Below, one piece after another: positions 27,128 through 40,644 of a DNA stretch of 64,000 nucleotides. Position 1 is the stretch's first letter. The number at the start of each line of letters is the position of its first letter. The position numbers and the translations under genes are program-made. The notes under the pieces were generated by a model. That model was not told where the DNA came from. It did no database searches and saw nothing but the letters and a program-made list of their open reading frames with translations. The DNA is from Schmidtea polychroa (lineage: Eukaryota), in contig CM097885.1 in NCBI GenBank assembly GCA_044892525.1, forward strand, positions 235,850,001 through 235,914,000, read 5' to 3'.

Positions 27128-28585
27128 ATAGCTCCCTCTGAAGTACGCGGAGCGTATCAAAAGATAAAGACGGCGATAATGGTGGAAGCAGTCACTGAAG
27201 ATCATAATCTGAGAGATATTGAGGGAGTTTACGTGTTCGCCTTGGGGGGAATGGCAAATTTTTTTGAAGGAGTTGAACATTTGGTGTATCTGTTGGTGTT
27301 GTCGGTTGTTCCATGTCTTCGTTTATGTCTTCGTTTATGTTAAAGTCTTTAGTGATATGGTTGTATGGGATTTCGTCGTATTCAAGGGTGCAAAAGGCTG
27401 GTTTTAATCTGGAAAGGTTGATCATGACGTGATTGTTGTCAATATCGAGTTTCGCTGTATTTTTTGTACAGCTCTATGATGCGAAACGGACCTTTGAATC
27501 TGGGTTTGAGGTTTGAAGAGTCAATAGTTTTCATCCATGCGTGAGTTGCTGAGGAAAGGGACTGCGGTATATATGGTTTGTACGACGTGGAATATGTGAA
27601 CGACGGATTGGTATCTAATCTCAAAAAATGCTTTCGTGTTAGATTGATCTCGTCTAATGGTGAGTCATTGTAAAGGTCGATAAGTTCATTGGGCATGAAA
27701 GTGTTGGATCCAAACAAAAGTTGTGAAGGAGACACGCCGCTTGAACGATTGGGTATGTTGTGCCATCCTAGTAAAACAAATGGTAACGCTTTGACCCATG
27801 AAGTTGAAGTTGAGAGTATTCTGAGAGGTGCTTTCAAAGTCCGATGAGCGCGTCCGACGAGACCTTTTGTTTGCGGATGGTAAGAGCTGGTTCTTATGTG
27901 TTTTATGCCAAGGCTGGATGTAAGATGTTCAAAAAGATCCGATTGGAATTGTGCACCTTGGTCAGTGATGATAGAGGTTGGAATTCCATAACGTGAAAAT
28001 AAGGTGTATACTAAAGCTTTTGCAACCGTGTGAGTGGTGATGTCACGGACGGGAACGGCCTCAAACCATCGTGTTTTCCGATCAATCATTGCCAGGATGT
28101 AACAAAATCCGTCGTCTGCTGGTAGTTTACCGACTAGGTCAATGTGAAGTGTGTCGAATCTCGAACCCGTTGGGAAAGGAGTGATTGGTGGTTTAGTGTG
28201 TCGGTTCACTTTGTGTTGTTGGCAGCCTTCACATTCAGACACCCACATTTTTACATCTTTGAATAATGACAACTGGTAAATTATGAGGTCAATTCTCGTC
28301 TGTGTGCGCGTTGTATTATGGGTTTGTATGCGCACACAGACGCGAGCAGTGTCATTTTTGTGTTGGGTTGTTAGTTTATCTCGCGTCTGTGTGCGCTTTT
28401 CTTTTCTTTGTTTTGGCTTGTGTGCGCACACAGACGCGAGCAAGAGGTATGGCAATTTTATTAATTTGTTTTTTGTAATTTTTTAGATTTAGAAGTTAAT
28501 TAGATTTTTGAATGTGAATGGATTTAGAGAGTTGTTAATGGTATCGATTTCGGTTTTTTTGGAGTTTATGTGCTTTCGATCAAAT

Positions 28586-29600
28586 ATGGCTGCTTTTAAT
28601 GAAGAAATGGAAATGGGAAATACTACCAACGAAGCAGATGGTTCCTTTTTTATGACCCCAAGAGATCCTGATAACGTTAATGATGTTTTTGGCCAACTAA
28701 TATCAAATTTATTTGGTGGATTGCTTTCCGTTGGTATTCGAGGCAATAATTGTGATGTAGTAGCTACACAAAGAAAAGTTCCAGATAAAATGATTGACAA
28801 GAGTTCAGCTACAAGATTGTTTAATATTACTGAAAGTACTGGAGGTGTTATGACTGGTATGATCAGTGCTCGAAGTGGAACAAAATATGTGCCGGGATAG
28901 GCATGCTGTGGCAACCGGGATTCCAGGTTTTTATGCAGAAATTTTCAGTTGGGGGTGTTGCAAAACTTTGGGGGGTGTCCAACAAATTTTTTTTTTGGGG
29001 GGGGGGGTGTCCACCCATTTAATCATAAGTTTCAGAATATACCTACCTATCCATTACTGCTGCTTGGGAAATTCTTAATTGAATAGAGAATAGAGAATAA
29101 AGAATATATATATATACATACATATATGGATGTACTATGTGTGACCTTAATTGCAGTATTTGTGTGCCTATAAAATGAAATAAGTACCGGGATAAACCTA
29201 TAGATTATATGAAATGAAGTGCCGGGATGCTATTCCGCCTACATAATCAATGCCGGGATATTATCCCGGCTATCCCGCCTCACTTCGAGCACTGGGTATG
29301 ATCCCTGATTATCGATCTCAAGTATGTCGTGCACAAATGGAAGCAGCTCGATTTAAATATAAAAATGGATATGAAATTCCTTGTGACATAATATGTCGTT
29401 GTATTGCGGATATTAATCAGCTTTACACCCAATCGGCTGAGATGCGACCATTAAGTTGTTCAATGATGGCATTATCTTATGATATTGAAATGGACAAACC
29501 ATTATTATTCAAAACTGATCCCCGTGGCTCTGTTGATGACAATAAAATTGTTATTTTATATCTTGGTTTTAAACAAGAACCATGTGACTTTTTGGCGTAG
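28586..29600 (+). pseudogene. PSMA6: Captured chimeric ORF containing the central part of proteasome subunit alpha type-6
   Basis: [49 protein letters not shown] (28715-28861) plus IPDYRSQVCRAQMEAARFKYKNGYEIPCDIICRCIADINQLYTQSAEMRPLSCSM...FKTDP (to 29522) match PSMA6/alpha1; frame is continuous after removing the MITE at 28864-29294 and one TSD copy. Confidence 0.9.
28864..29294. mobile_element. hAT MITE inserted in the PSMA6 fragment
   Basis: TIRs CAGTGCTCGAAGTG / CACTTCGAGCACTG; perfect 8-bp TSD GGTATGAT (28856-28863, 29295-29302); subterminal GCCGGGAT repeats. Confidence 0.92.
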
Positions 29601-32600
29601 GAGATGGTATGTGGACTTAATTCCCGGATGGTGCAAGTTGTGAATGGCGAGAAATGCTTCTTTCCGAATGGAAGAGTGTAGGATTGGTCTGAGAGTGTTT
29701 TTATACATTGTATCATAATGAATACCGTCTATTGTCTGTAGCGAGTCTTTGAAATGGACGAGATCTTCTGATGTCGGTAGGGTTGAACGGAGAAAATCTT
29801 AAGTAATAACTGGGGTTGATGAGATAGATGCTGAAATGTTTCTGGAAAGATAGTCAGCGATTACATTATCTTTACCAAAGACATGGGCGAACTTAATGTC
29901 GAAAGATGATAGGTATGTTATCTGACGATGTACCCTGTTTGATGGGTCTTTCATGGTGAGGCAGCGGATAAGAGGTTTGTGATCAGTGAAGACTATAAAT
30001 TGTCTACCTTCTAAAATGTGTCCAAAATGCTTAACAGCTAGGAAAATACCAAGTAATTCTCTGTCGAATGCACCATACTTTGACTCTGCCAATGAAATTT
30101 TCTAGTGAAAAATTCTATTGGGAGTGAAACATTGTCTTTAATTTGATGAAGGACTGCGCCGGCGGCGATATTTGATGCATCTGTTGTGAGGGTGAATGGG
30201 AGGTCATGACTCGGGTAGTGAAGAGTTGTAATCTTGGATAGAGCGTCTTTGACTGTGTTGAATGCGTCACGTGTTGTGTCGAACCAGTTAATGGTGGAGT
30301 TTTTCTTTCCTTTGTTCAGTGCTGAAAGAGGTGCCGTTATGTGTGATGCATTTTTTATGAATCTGTGACAGAAATTGACGATGCCCAAAAAGCTACGTAG
30401 TTGTGCTACGGTGGTGGGTAATGGAAAGCTGCGGATTACGTCAAGTCGTTCAGGAAAAGGTTCGCAACCCATAAATGAGAGCATGTGACCAAGGAATCTG
30501 ACGCGTTTTTGAAAGAAATTGCATTTATTTACATTGATCTGTAAGTTATAACGGTTTAATATGTCAAGAACAGAGTGTAGATCTTTGTTGTGGGTGTCGC
30601 GATCGGGTGATGCTACGATTATATCGTCGAGGTATGCAAAAGCATGGTGGACATCTAGAAAAGTTGTGTCCATGAAGCGTTGTAAAGACTGAGCTGCATT
30701 ACTTAGGCCGGAAGGCATGAACATGTTCTTGAAATTTCCAAATGGTGTGGTTACAGTGGTTTTGGGAACGTCATCGATATGTACAGGAAACTGATGGTAG
30801 GAGTTTCGAAAGGTCAATAGTTGAAAATATGGTGGATTGTAAAAAGCGAGTTATTAAATCTTTGATAAGTGGCATTGGGTATGCATCGTGAACGGTCACT
30901 TGATTGAGTTGACGGTAGTCGCCGCTCTGCCTGAGTGAACCGTCTTGGGTCGTTGGAGATGTCTGTGTAGATATTGATGTTCTGTTTGGTGATACATTTG
31001 TGGATATAGGATTGAGATGTCTGTTTATAGTGAATAGTCGTCGATTTTTGCAGTCTATCATGAGGGATTGTTCGCTGAGGAAATCGGAGCCTAGTATTGG
31101 ATGAATCGTGCCTGCTATGTGGGAATTGTGAGTGAAAGTTGAGTTCAATGTCCGTAGCTTGAATGAAAGTTTTTTTGTTCCCAAAAATTGTATCGGTGTA
31201 CCGTTGGCTGTCAATACGGTGAAAGGTTATTTGAGATCTGGAGTTATAGTGGTTGGGAGGATTGAAAATGATGATCCGGAGTCGACGAGGAAGTGAATTG
31301 ATGAGCTGGAATTGAAAGTTGCTTCAACAGTAAAGATGTTTTTGATCGCAAAGGCACTGCCTGAAAATCCAGGGTTTACAGGCGGTGAAGTTAGCTTTTT
31401 GGGGGGAATTGGAGTAATTTTTGTCGTATTGTGGTTGGTTTGAGTGACGATTTACAAAAGTACAGCCTGGAAGGTATTTCTGTGCATGTAACCCGATGAG
31501 ATTGTAGTAAATGCAGATGGGAATAACTCTTAAGTTTAACGGGGGGTTTGGCCAAGAACATCCTATGTGACATGTTCTAGCGTCCGATGAAAACTTTTTG
31601 TGAAAAAAAAGTCAGGTGGAAAAGAGTTTGACCTGTCAGATTTTTGGAAGTATGGGATTTGTTGAGGGGGTTAGTTAACGTGGCGACAGCTTTTGTCAAG
31701 GAGGATATCTGTTCTTGAAGCGAGGGGTGGGAGACGGATGAGATGGGTATGGGTGTGTTACGAATAGGTGGTTTGGTGATCAGTTTATCAGCGATTTTTG
31801 GCAGGTGGAAAGGATCGTCTGAATCAACGACGAGTGGGGAGGTTTGGACGTGATGTGGGAGCGTTGTTAAAAAATAGTGGCATAGGATAGAAGTGTTCTT
31901 TGATAGGCCTGTATGAGCGCTTTCTTGTTCTCGTACGAGTTGGGATAAAAATGATGATGGTGATTGGCCTGCGTATGGAGTGGGTTTTGATAGTTTCTCG
32001 GTTGATGAAGTGTTTGTGGGTGAGTATTTCTTATGTATCGCTGTTTTGATGGACTCGTAAGGGTTTCGGAGTCTGATGCGTCAGCAATTTGTGAACCTAT
32101 TTCTGACATTAATTCGTCAGGTATCGCGTCTAACAAGAGGTCTTGTCTAGATTTGGGGTTAGCCTTTGTGCGCGACTTTAAAATGCGGAACCAAGATGAT
32201 GGGGTGCCGTCTGAGTTTAAAAATATTAATTGGGTTCGACCGATGGGCCTGGATGATTGATGTTCAATGTTTGTTTTGGCGCCTTGTCCTGAAAAAAAGT
32301 GTGACAATTGATTGTTCCGGGATTGAAAAAGGGTCGACGATGGGGACTCCATTATTTAAGGTGAAAAACTCGTTTTCGTCTATTAAAAAATGTTTCGATA
32401 GGTCTTTCATAAAATTTTGGGTTACACGGACTTGGAACAAGATGTTATTGTGACGGACAGTAATGTTGCGCTTTTTCTTATTAGTTAAATTTGGGTTTTC
32501 GGGTTTGGGAGATTAGTGGAAAAAGAAAAATATATCAACATAATAATTGAACATTTTTAATACATTATATATAAATTTAATAAAGGAAAATGTATTAATA

Positions 32601-32668
32601 AAAGTCTTGAGGACAATTATAAATGTAATTTTTACTGTTTTTAAAGAAAGAAGAACATTTACCTTTGT

Positions 32669-32682
32669 CACTTCCGACACCA
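32669..32682 (-). promoter_or_regulatory. Primer-binding site (tRNA-Leu-like)
   Basis: Minus strand TGGTGTCGGAAGTG lies 2 nt downstream of the 5' LTR end and resembles the complement of tRNA-Leu 3' ends. Confidence 0.8.
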
Positions 32683-32684
32683 AT

Positions 32685-33054
32685 TGTAGAGACATACAAT
32701 TAATTTGAAAAAAGAATTTATTATAATTGACATTGTTGAAGGTCTTGAACATCATCAGAGATATCATTGTGAATAAAATGAAGGCTTCTGTTTCCTGTAT
32801 TTCCGACATATTTGATCAATTGATTTTGACTCGATTGGATGATTCTTCAACTTCTTCAACTTGTTCGACTTCGTTAGACATATTTGAATTTGATGATTTT
32901 TTAAAATGATTTTGATGATGATTTTCGAAAAAGTGAGAAGGTAAAGGATTATTTAAACAATTGTTTTTAATTTTTTATTTTAATTTAATTAATTTAATAA
33001 TATATTTTTAGTTCAATTATTAAATTGATAAAAGTGCTAGTCAGAGGCACTACA
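32685..33054 (-). repeat. 5' LTR of the Gypsy element (370 bp)
   Basis: TGTAG/CTACA termini; highly similar to 26794-27127. Confidence 0.9.
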
Positions 33055-34099
33055 CCGTCTTCTCCCGCTTAATTGGCGCGCTCCAATTAAGTGGATTTTT
33101 ATTATCTTTTCCGAATTAGGAAAGATTTTTATATTATTTTGTTAATTAAAATAAACTTATTATATAAAACGGTTTTGAATTTCTGGATAAATATGGAGAT
33201 GAGTTTTTTGCAATCAATAATACTTTATTCGATAACTCCACACTGAAATGGATATTAAAATAAAATGAAAAGTTCAAAATAAAAACATACCTCCTTAATT
33301 TCGAACTAGCAAAATGTACCGAAGTTTAGTGCAATGATAATTTGGTGTAAACTGAGAAACAATTGAACTATATATTTTACTATTCAACAGAACACTAGCA
33401 ATTACTAACATAGTTAATGTGATTTCAAAATCCAATTCAACGTGCTTCAGAACTGTAATCGAACGTCCTTTTCTGAAATACAATTTAACGTTCCTCTGAA
33501 ATGAATCGAACATGCTTACTAGATATCTTGACCCATCTATATTTTAAGATATGCTCTTTTTCTTAACTTCATCTTTTAATATATTGGAAAGATCTCTTTT
33601 TGAAAAAGGCTTCTTTTTCTTTTTCTGGTTATTTAAACAAAATCTGAAAAACGTTTTTATTTTGATTTAATATATAGATTTAATATAAAGAAATTGTATG
33701 GCCAAGTTGGCTGAAGTTTGAAATACATTTATCTGGCCCACCACTCAAATTAGTTTTTGTCAAAATATCGAAACTAGATATTTCCCACATATTTCCATTT
33801 AATTTAAATATTGGCTGCGAACTCTGTAAAGTTGTATAAAATAGATAGTAAAATAGTGGATGTGCATTTCTCTGATTCTATTCAATATAACATTGTGCAA
33901 TGTTTGTTACAAATATTTATTATTTAAATAATTTGCCATTCACTACATATTTTAACCTTTGTACACTCATTGGAGTCTCGGAGAATGAGTGTTTCATTGC
34001 AATGCAGTCACAGTAAGTATAAAGTTGTTTAGAATTTTTTCTATATTATTTCTTCAGTGTTTAAAATTTTCAATGTATTTAAATATATTTTGCATTAAG

Positions 34100-35060
34100 C
34101 AATGTTATAAAGAGCTTAACGTCTTTCTCGACATAGTCATTGACAACGTTAAAGGATTGCAGATTGTCGAGAGAAGCTTGGTACGCAGCAGAAGTTGGCC
34201 AGTTTACAAGTCATGAACTCGGAGTTCAGCTGAAGAAGAGTGGTGGTAACAGGTACTAGAAACGTAGACTTGTCAAAGGTTGCTCCAAACCGGTTCTATG
34301 GAGATAAAAGAGCCATTTCTGGTTTAGCAGCCAACAGACTATCTACAAGGGCCCGTCATTCTGTGTCAGAAACTTTACTGATTCACAAAGCAAGAGGAAT
34401 CATTTCTGCATTCAGATAGAAGAGATGCAGTTTTAAGGCATTCACTGCACTCTGAAAGAAATTTGGATTTATGACTTTGTACTGTAGTAAAGACTTGTAC
34501 AGCCGCAGGTTGTACCATGGGGCCTCTACCGCTGAAGTGACATTACCCAACAGCAGCTGTAGACCAGTGTTGCGAAGTTCACAAACGCCCTCCTTTTTGA
34601 AACTTGATGTAGTGTAGTAATAGTGCAACATGGTAGCTGTTGAATTTGCTACATTAATAGGCATATATTAATCGAATAGATGAGTTAAGCCATCCAGCTG
34701 GGTTTGTGTAAGGCTCTTGGTTGCTTGAAGGTGACAGGATAGTCTTTGGTTTCCCATCAAGGAACACTGCACAGCTCAACAAATTCTTGATAATCATCTC
34801 GGCGTAGAGAAAGCTCTGATTTGGCAAGCTCAAAAACATTGACTCGACACTTGTCTACAATCTGAAGTGCCTCGTGGTTGAATGATGTCAAGTTCAATAG
34901 AGATAGCTGTTCATCAGTGCTTTTATAGATGGAACGGTCAACACTTCCAAGCTTATACGAAATCGTGTGAACAAGAGGCCAGCACTGAATAGAAAAATGA
35001 TGTGACAACTTGAAATTTGTATTCCTTAATGTTAAAAACGAAATCAGATTGTTCAAGTGG
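34100..35060 (-). pseudogene. Decayed DNA-transposon transposase (hATm-like)
   Basis: Fragments RRDDYQEFVELC, KQPRALHKPSWMA..IYSI, APWYNLRLYKSL, HLFYL..EMIPLAL and VVNDYVEK fit the PGAxHxARWMAK / VNDxAER family; frameshifted. Confidence 0.6.
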
Positions 35061-36142
35061 CCAAAAGTGACAAACTGTAAAAACTTTCCATTTGAAGAAA
35101 GTGCAAAAGGAGATCAGTCGTTCACTTGTGTGTATTGAAAATGACATCCTATGGACTATAACTTCAATTTAATTATGAAAATATTCTAAACATAAAAGGT
35201 TTGCTTATATTTATGATTATTAAGTAACTATTTTCTTTTATTATTGTAGTTATTATCCATATTATAATGGATGTTGTCGAATCTTCAGACTCAACTTCCA
35301 ATCCTATTGACGAGCCATGTCAACAATATTTTGTGTCAAATCCTTCGAAGGCTTCCATAAGAGTTAGAATGAACATCCTCTAAATATCTCGCAGATTTTT
35401 ATCTGTCACGAATTATTTTTATACAGTTCAGGATTGTAAAACTTTCGAAGATTTGATTAATTTATTTTATTTACTTGAAATAATTTCCGTATTTCTATCT
35501 GAATATGTGATGGCCAATGCAATGCTCTCATTGAGTAATAAGATTGGGAGAATTGAATTAAACCTTGGTTCATGGACTGGATTAATTTCGTTGTCTTTGA
35601 AGGTAAAAAATATAGCCTTATACATTTCAACTAAGGCATTTAGATGAGCAAGGCATTATCCTTAGCTACACAATTTTGAAAGAGATCTATTTTTCTTTGG
35701 AATAATTTTAGATAGCAAGTTTGAAATATTCTGTAAACCATGTTGTGAAAAGTTCATCAGTCACCCAAGCCTTTCAATTTTGATTTATACTATACAAGAA
35801 TGCTAGATTTACCATAGTTCTTCAAGGCCCTAGGATTTCAGCTGTGGGCATATCACGAAGCATGTAAATTATATTTTACGGTGCGTTTGCCTTTTTTTCA
35901 CTTGTTAAATAAAAATTGTTTCATTATTTTCCGTACTTCTTATATATTCCCAATAATAATCTCCCCCGTTTCGTATTGCCTTTTCAATAAAATATTTCGC
36001 CAAGTTAAGGAAAACATTAATCAATTTCTAAATTTTTCCCAAATATTTAAAAATTATATTTTTAAGGAAAATTATCAGCTCCTTAGAGTTACGTAAAATT
36101 ATAAATGACATAATTTCACAATATAAATACCTAAGACCTAAA

Positions 36143-36886
36143 ATGATGTTGTCAGTAAAACAAAAAATGAATTATCAATCATTCAGTGAAGAATCTCAAA
36201 AATATTTCAATACCATTTGTGGATTATGCTTCGAAGACTGTTACCATTCTAAAAATATGCTTATGCTTCCGAAGTGTGATCACATTTACCATTTTGATTG
36301 TTTCTTTATAAAAATCATTGGCAAATTTTCCCAATGTCCGAAATGCCACGTACAATTTGATGAAACAGTTCTCACCGGAAACAATGAAATTCAAACCCGA
36401 GTTAAACTCAAACAATATCAGAACGATTTTCGGATCGGTCTAAGCTATTACGTCGGTTTCGAGAGAAAAGGATATTCATTTATGTTTGCGATTTTCAAGC
36501 CGACTTATCCATTCATTATGAAACTCAAAATTACCGACACAAAACATGTTGCATATTGCATGAAAAATAAAATAAATGATAACATTTTCCACCAAGAAAT
36601 ATCAAACAAAAAGCTAATGAAATCTTTATCATTTAGTGGGAAATATAAAACTTACACGTTTCATCTAAGACCCAAAGTAAAAGAAACCGACATAAAACAA
36701 ATTAAATTTGATTTAATTGAATCAAATATCTTGATCGTGGTTGGCAGAATACTTTTAGTAGACGGCTTAAAGGAATTCGAGATGCCGGGTATCAATGAAA
36801 TGATTTCCATTGCCAATGAGGCTTCTAAAAAAGAATGTCCCACATTTCTACAAAACTATTTATTCAGAAGCAGACTATTAAAATAA
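36143..36886 (+). CDS. Intronless RING-H2 finger protein (putative E3 ligase) with an unrecognised C-terminal region
   Basis: CGLC-x13-C-x-H-x2-H-x2-C-x11-CPKC (C3H2C3); open 247-aa frame in AT-rich DNA; TATAAA at 36122. Confidence 0.75.
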   Translation: MMLSVKQKMNYQSFSEESQKYFNTICGLCFEDCYHSKNMLMLPKCDHIYHFDCFFIKIIGKFSQCPKCHVQFDETVLTGNNEIQTRVKLKQYQNDFRIGLSYYVGFERKGYSFMFAIFKPTYPFIMKLKITDTKHVAYCMKNKINDNIFHQEISNKKLMKSLSFSGKYKTYTFHLRPKVKETDIKQIKFDLIESNILIVVGRILLVDGLKEFEMPGINEMISIANEASKKECPTFLQNYLFRSRLLK

Positions 36887-38983
36887 AAGAAATCTAAGCT
36901 GAAAACAAAGTTTATCAAATCTGGAGATCATTGAAGAGAAAGATATATGCAGCGCCCTTTCTCCCATCTAAGAAGCTTGATATTTAGATTTTCTTTTTGC
37001 TAATGTAGAAAGTCCAGTGATATCTAAATATGATATTACGAAGGAAAGCAGCTGTATAATATTCTTCAATTTGATTCCACTAAAATTGAATTAGAATTTT
37101 TCTCTTTTCATTATAAAATCATCTCCATATACACCCTGCAACACAACACGTTTTATTAAAAAATGAAGCAAATATGAAAATATTATAATGTTTATAATAT
37201 ATTTATTTCATCGACTTTCATGCTAAAAATAACAATACGAGTTCTATTTTAAAATTCTGCTTTTTCCTAATAAATCGTTTAATAGCTAATAAAAATTCTA
37301 ACGTAATTCTTTCGTGTCATTTTATTATTTATATAATTTCAACAAATGAAAAGTAATACATACATTGATTTTGTAATGAATTTAATATAAAAAAAGTTTT
37401 TAGAAAGCAAGTGTTGTAATAAGCATTTTATAGTCACCAAGTAGAGTGTTGAATTGATTGTCAGTGTAAAGTGAAAGTTATTTGTGATTACCAATAAAGA
37501 TTTCTGTTGTCAAGTGTTATTTGTGGATCAGTCAAAGACACACTTGGAGTCAGAGTAAGAATTTTAATTTTATCACCAACCCAATAACCCAACAAATAAA
37601 TACTAATCAGCAAATATCTGGTAGGTCACAATTTTTGTAATGTTGGTGATCCAAATTATTCAGACTAAGACTTTTGTCACCTATAAAGTATCTAGTAGAC
37701 TAGAATTGGGTTTACCAAGCACCCAGAATTTTTGCTTGGGTGTATTCAACTTGAGAAAAAATATTTTTAAGGATCGAGTTCATTTTCAATATATAATACA
37801 TAATAAAAATAAAATAGTAAGTACTTTTATATTCATTTTGGATAGGAAGGGGTAAAAATCATTGTATTTACTGCAAAGGGTGCCGCTTATTTGACACAGT
37901 CAATACCGCTGCTTATCAAATTTTATTATCCTGAGGACATAGTAAACTCTTTTGTAGTTAATTCTTTTCAATCAGCCATTTAGATAATTTCACTCATTAA
38001 AATTTGGCAGACGTCACAATAAATTTAATGATTTTCTTATGGTCTTAAAGGGGGCTCAAGCTATTGAACCCTCGGGGTATGCGCCTGTGGCAAGCCATTC
38101 TTTATTGTTATTTATAAAGCATAATCATTGTTATAGGGTTGTCTACTACAATTCTCTAAAAATAGATTTTTAAATATTTTGTTTTCAAGATTTATTTGTA
38201 ATAAAATTTAATGATCAAAGTTTTTGTTAATAAATTTAATTTATTAATATAATTGCTGTCTGTTATTTATAAATTTAATTACAGCTGCAAGATTTAAATA
38301 CAATAACTTCATTAAATTAATTGTTTCTATATGATTTTCATAAATTTCAAGAATAAGCTGCAAACGACCAACATTCATTCCAGTAGAAATAATTTTCTAA
38401 AGAACTGCAACACATTTATATGCAAATCAAATAATACAAAAGATTCCAAAAATTCTTATAACACCTGATTTATCGTTAAAATTCAATTTTCCAAATTAAT
38501 TTGATAATGATTACTATTAAGTTGCTGATTTTACATCACGCAACTTGACCCATTTGACTTCATTATAATAAATTAATAGTTTATCGATGGAAATTGACCA
38601 AAAATTCCAAAACAAACTCATAAAATATTTATTAGAATTACCACAAAATTCTAGCCATTTAAAAAAAATTAGTTCATCAAAAACTTAATCCAAATAAATA
38701 GAGCTAAGGCAAAAAATACCGCTCGTACACACAACGTACACATCAAGACACAATCACAAACATAAAATCACTCCCTTATTAAATGCATAAAGAGGAAATG
38801 CGCCATAAATTTTATAACAATAATATCGGACCCTACATAAACAAGAATACGATCAGCTTAGTTTTATTATTTCTTTAATTAAACCCTTAGAAATGATGAT
38901 GTTATACAAAAGTAAAAATAAAAATCAAGTTTATAAAGGATTATGTACACCACAAAAAGTTAAATTTAACAAAAATTGAGAAA

Positions 38984-39506
38984 GGGAGCATCCATTAAGG
39001 ACGTCCCCTAAGAGGGAGGGGAGGGGTCTCTACAGAGGGGACATATTGGGACAATGGGGTGGATGGAGTCCAAGTGCTTAGGACATCCTCAGATTAAACC
39101 TAATACCTACCCAATCACTGTGGGAGGACGAGTAAACATTAGACTGAAATAATTTAGGCTACTAATTAAAAGACCTATATTAGCCTATATTAGCCTATAT
39201 TAGTTTTATTAATTTTGTTTTAAAAAATGGATTCTCTTTTTAAATTTGGACAATTTTTACTAAAGCTTAAACTATATTATGTATTACCAGCAACAAAATA
39301 ATCTGCCTAATATTATAATTTTATGTTCTAAATTTTGTCTGAAAATAAGGGAGTTCTGTTTTCGGAGGGATGTCCCGGGGGGTCTCCAGAAGAGGGACAT
39401 AAAAGTGACAAGGGGAGGGGGGTCTCCAGAAAAGGGACATAAAAAGGACAAGGGGAGGAGGTCAAAAAGTGTTAATTTTGGGGGGACATCCTTAATGGAT
39501 GCTCTC
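38984..39506. mobile_element. PIF/Harbinger-like MITE
   Basis: TIRs GGGAGCATCCATTAAGGACGTCCCC / GGGGACATCCTTAATGGATGCTCTC; 3-bp flanks AAA/AAA; G-rich subterminal repeats. Confidence 0.8.
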
Positions 39507-40644
39507 AAAGTTAATTAAGTTTAAAAAAATTTATTAAAAATATTAAAAATTTAAATCAATATGGCCAGGTAGCAAATAAAATTATAAATATGAATATTAT
39601 ACTTTTAGATTGCTGGTATATCCATATACCATATTATATAAAAATACAAATTAATTAATTACATCAATCATGTCATTAAGGAATAGAATTTCTGAGCTAG
39701 GAAAGATTCTGTCATTTCTTTCAAGTATACATTAAAAAATAAATAATTTATGAGAAGCTTCAGGAGCTTATTAAGGAGATTTCGGTGATAGATTAATTTA
39801 ATTGTATATTTTTTAAGTATTAGATTTGGAAAATGAATACATATATCAATTGCCATTTGATCGAAGAATTATTTTGCAAGGAATTAATTAAATAATAATG
39901 AATGTGCAAGAAAAAGCTAAATTTAAGAATATCGTGGCTTGATTATTATGTCGGACTAAATTCGTATTAGTTATTATGAAGCAGTTACGTACTAAGCTGC
40001 TTGCTTTAAAAAAAAAGAAATGCAGTATCAATTGTGAGTGTTGTCATATAGAAGATTTAATACTTGTGATCATCGTACTTCTTGAGTTTTTTCTTTTTGT
40101 TATTTGAATATGAAAAAACACACGAAGTCAGATAACAAAATAATTAACTACCGAAACAATTCTAAAAACTCTGCAGAATAAAATAACCGACATTGAAAGA
40201 CGATAAGATTTCCAGCAATATATCGCAGTGCTTATCAAGGGATATTTGTGTATTATTGTATTATACGACCCACATAAGAGTTCCAAACGAAAGCATATCA
40301 TCGTGAATTTTTGCTTTTATTTAATTTAACATCTGATTTCTTAACTAATTTAATAACTGTGTTCTCCATCAGAAATTTTGAAACCGAATATTTATTAGAT
40401 ATGATATGTAAACGAATCTGAACACCGAGTTTGCAGCTACAACATGGAAAAGAGATCGATATCGTGAACAAGCTACGAAATTATTAGAGAAAAGCCAGTA
40501 CAACATTATTTTGATTCTGTTGGGGTTACACCTCGGTTGACTACTCTACATTATTGGCTAGCCTAAGGGTTGATTGTCCATCTCGAATAGAAAGCGCTTT
40601 CACTTGGCCAACTCGGAGCGGAACCCCACATAACTTTCCTCCAA

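Larger units (their letters stand above)
26794..33054 (-). mobile_element. Decayed Ty3/Gypsy LTR retrotransposon
   Basis: Direct repeats at 32685-33054 (TGTAG...CTACA) and 26794-27127 (truncated). Domain order gag (31867-32352), protease (IHFLVDSGSSFSI, about 31260-31300), RT (FAYLDDII, 30038-30900), RNase H (TTDAS, ELLGI, TDHKPL, NVIADYLSR), integrase (HPGI..CEGCQ, LHIDLVG, ITDQG). Many frameshifts. Confidence 0.95.

Noticed and set aside
33055..33530. Possible pogo/Tc-type terminus and 72-aa ORF next to the Gypsy 5' LTR
   Set aside because: No matching end and no recognisable transposase motif.
35230..35830. Coding-like minus-strand stretch
   Set aside because: Interrupted by stops, with no family recognisable by eye.
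26170..37594. One 11.4-kb element from TGTTGGGTT (26170) to AACCCAACA (37594)
   Set aside because: The 9-bp inverted match lacks a 4-5 bp TSD (GAAT vs AATA), and 37412-37594 may be a separate small LTR; unresolved.
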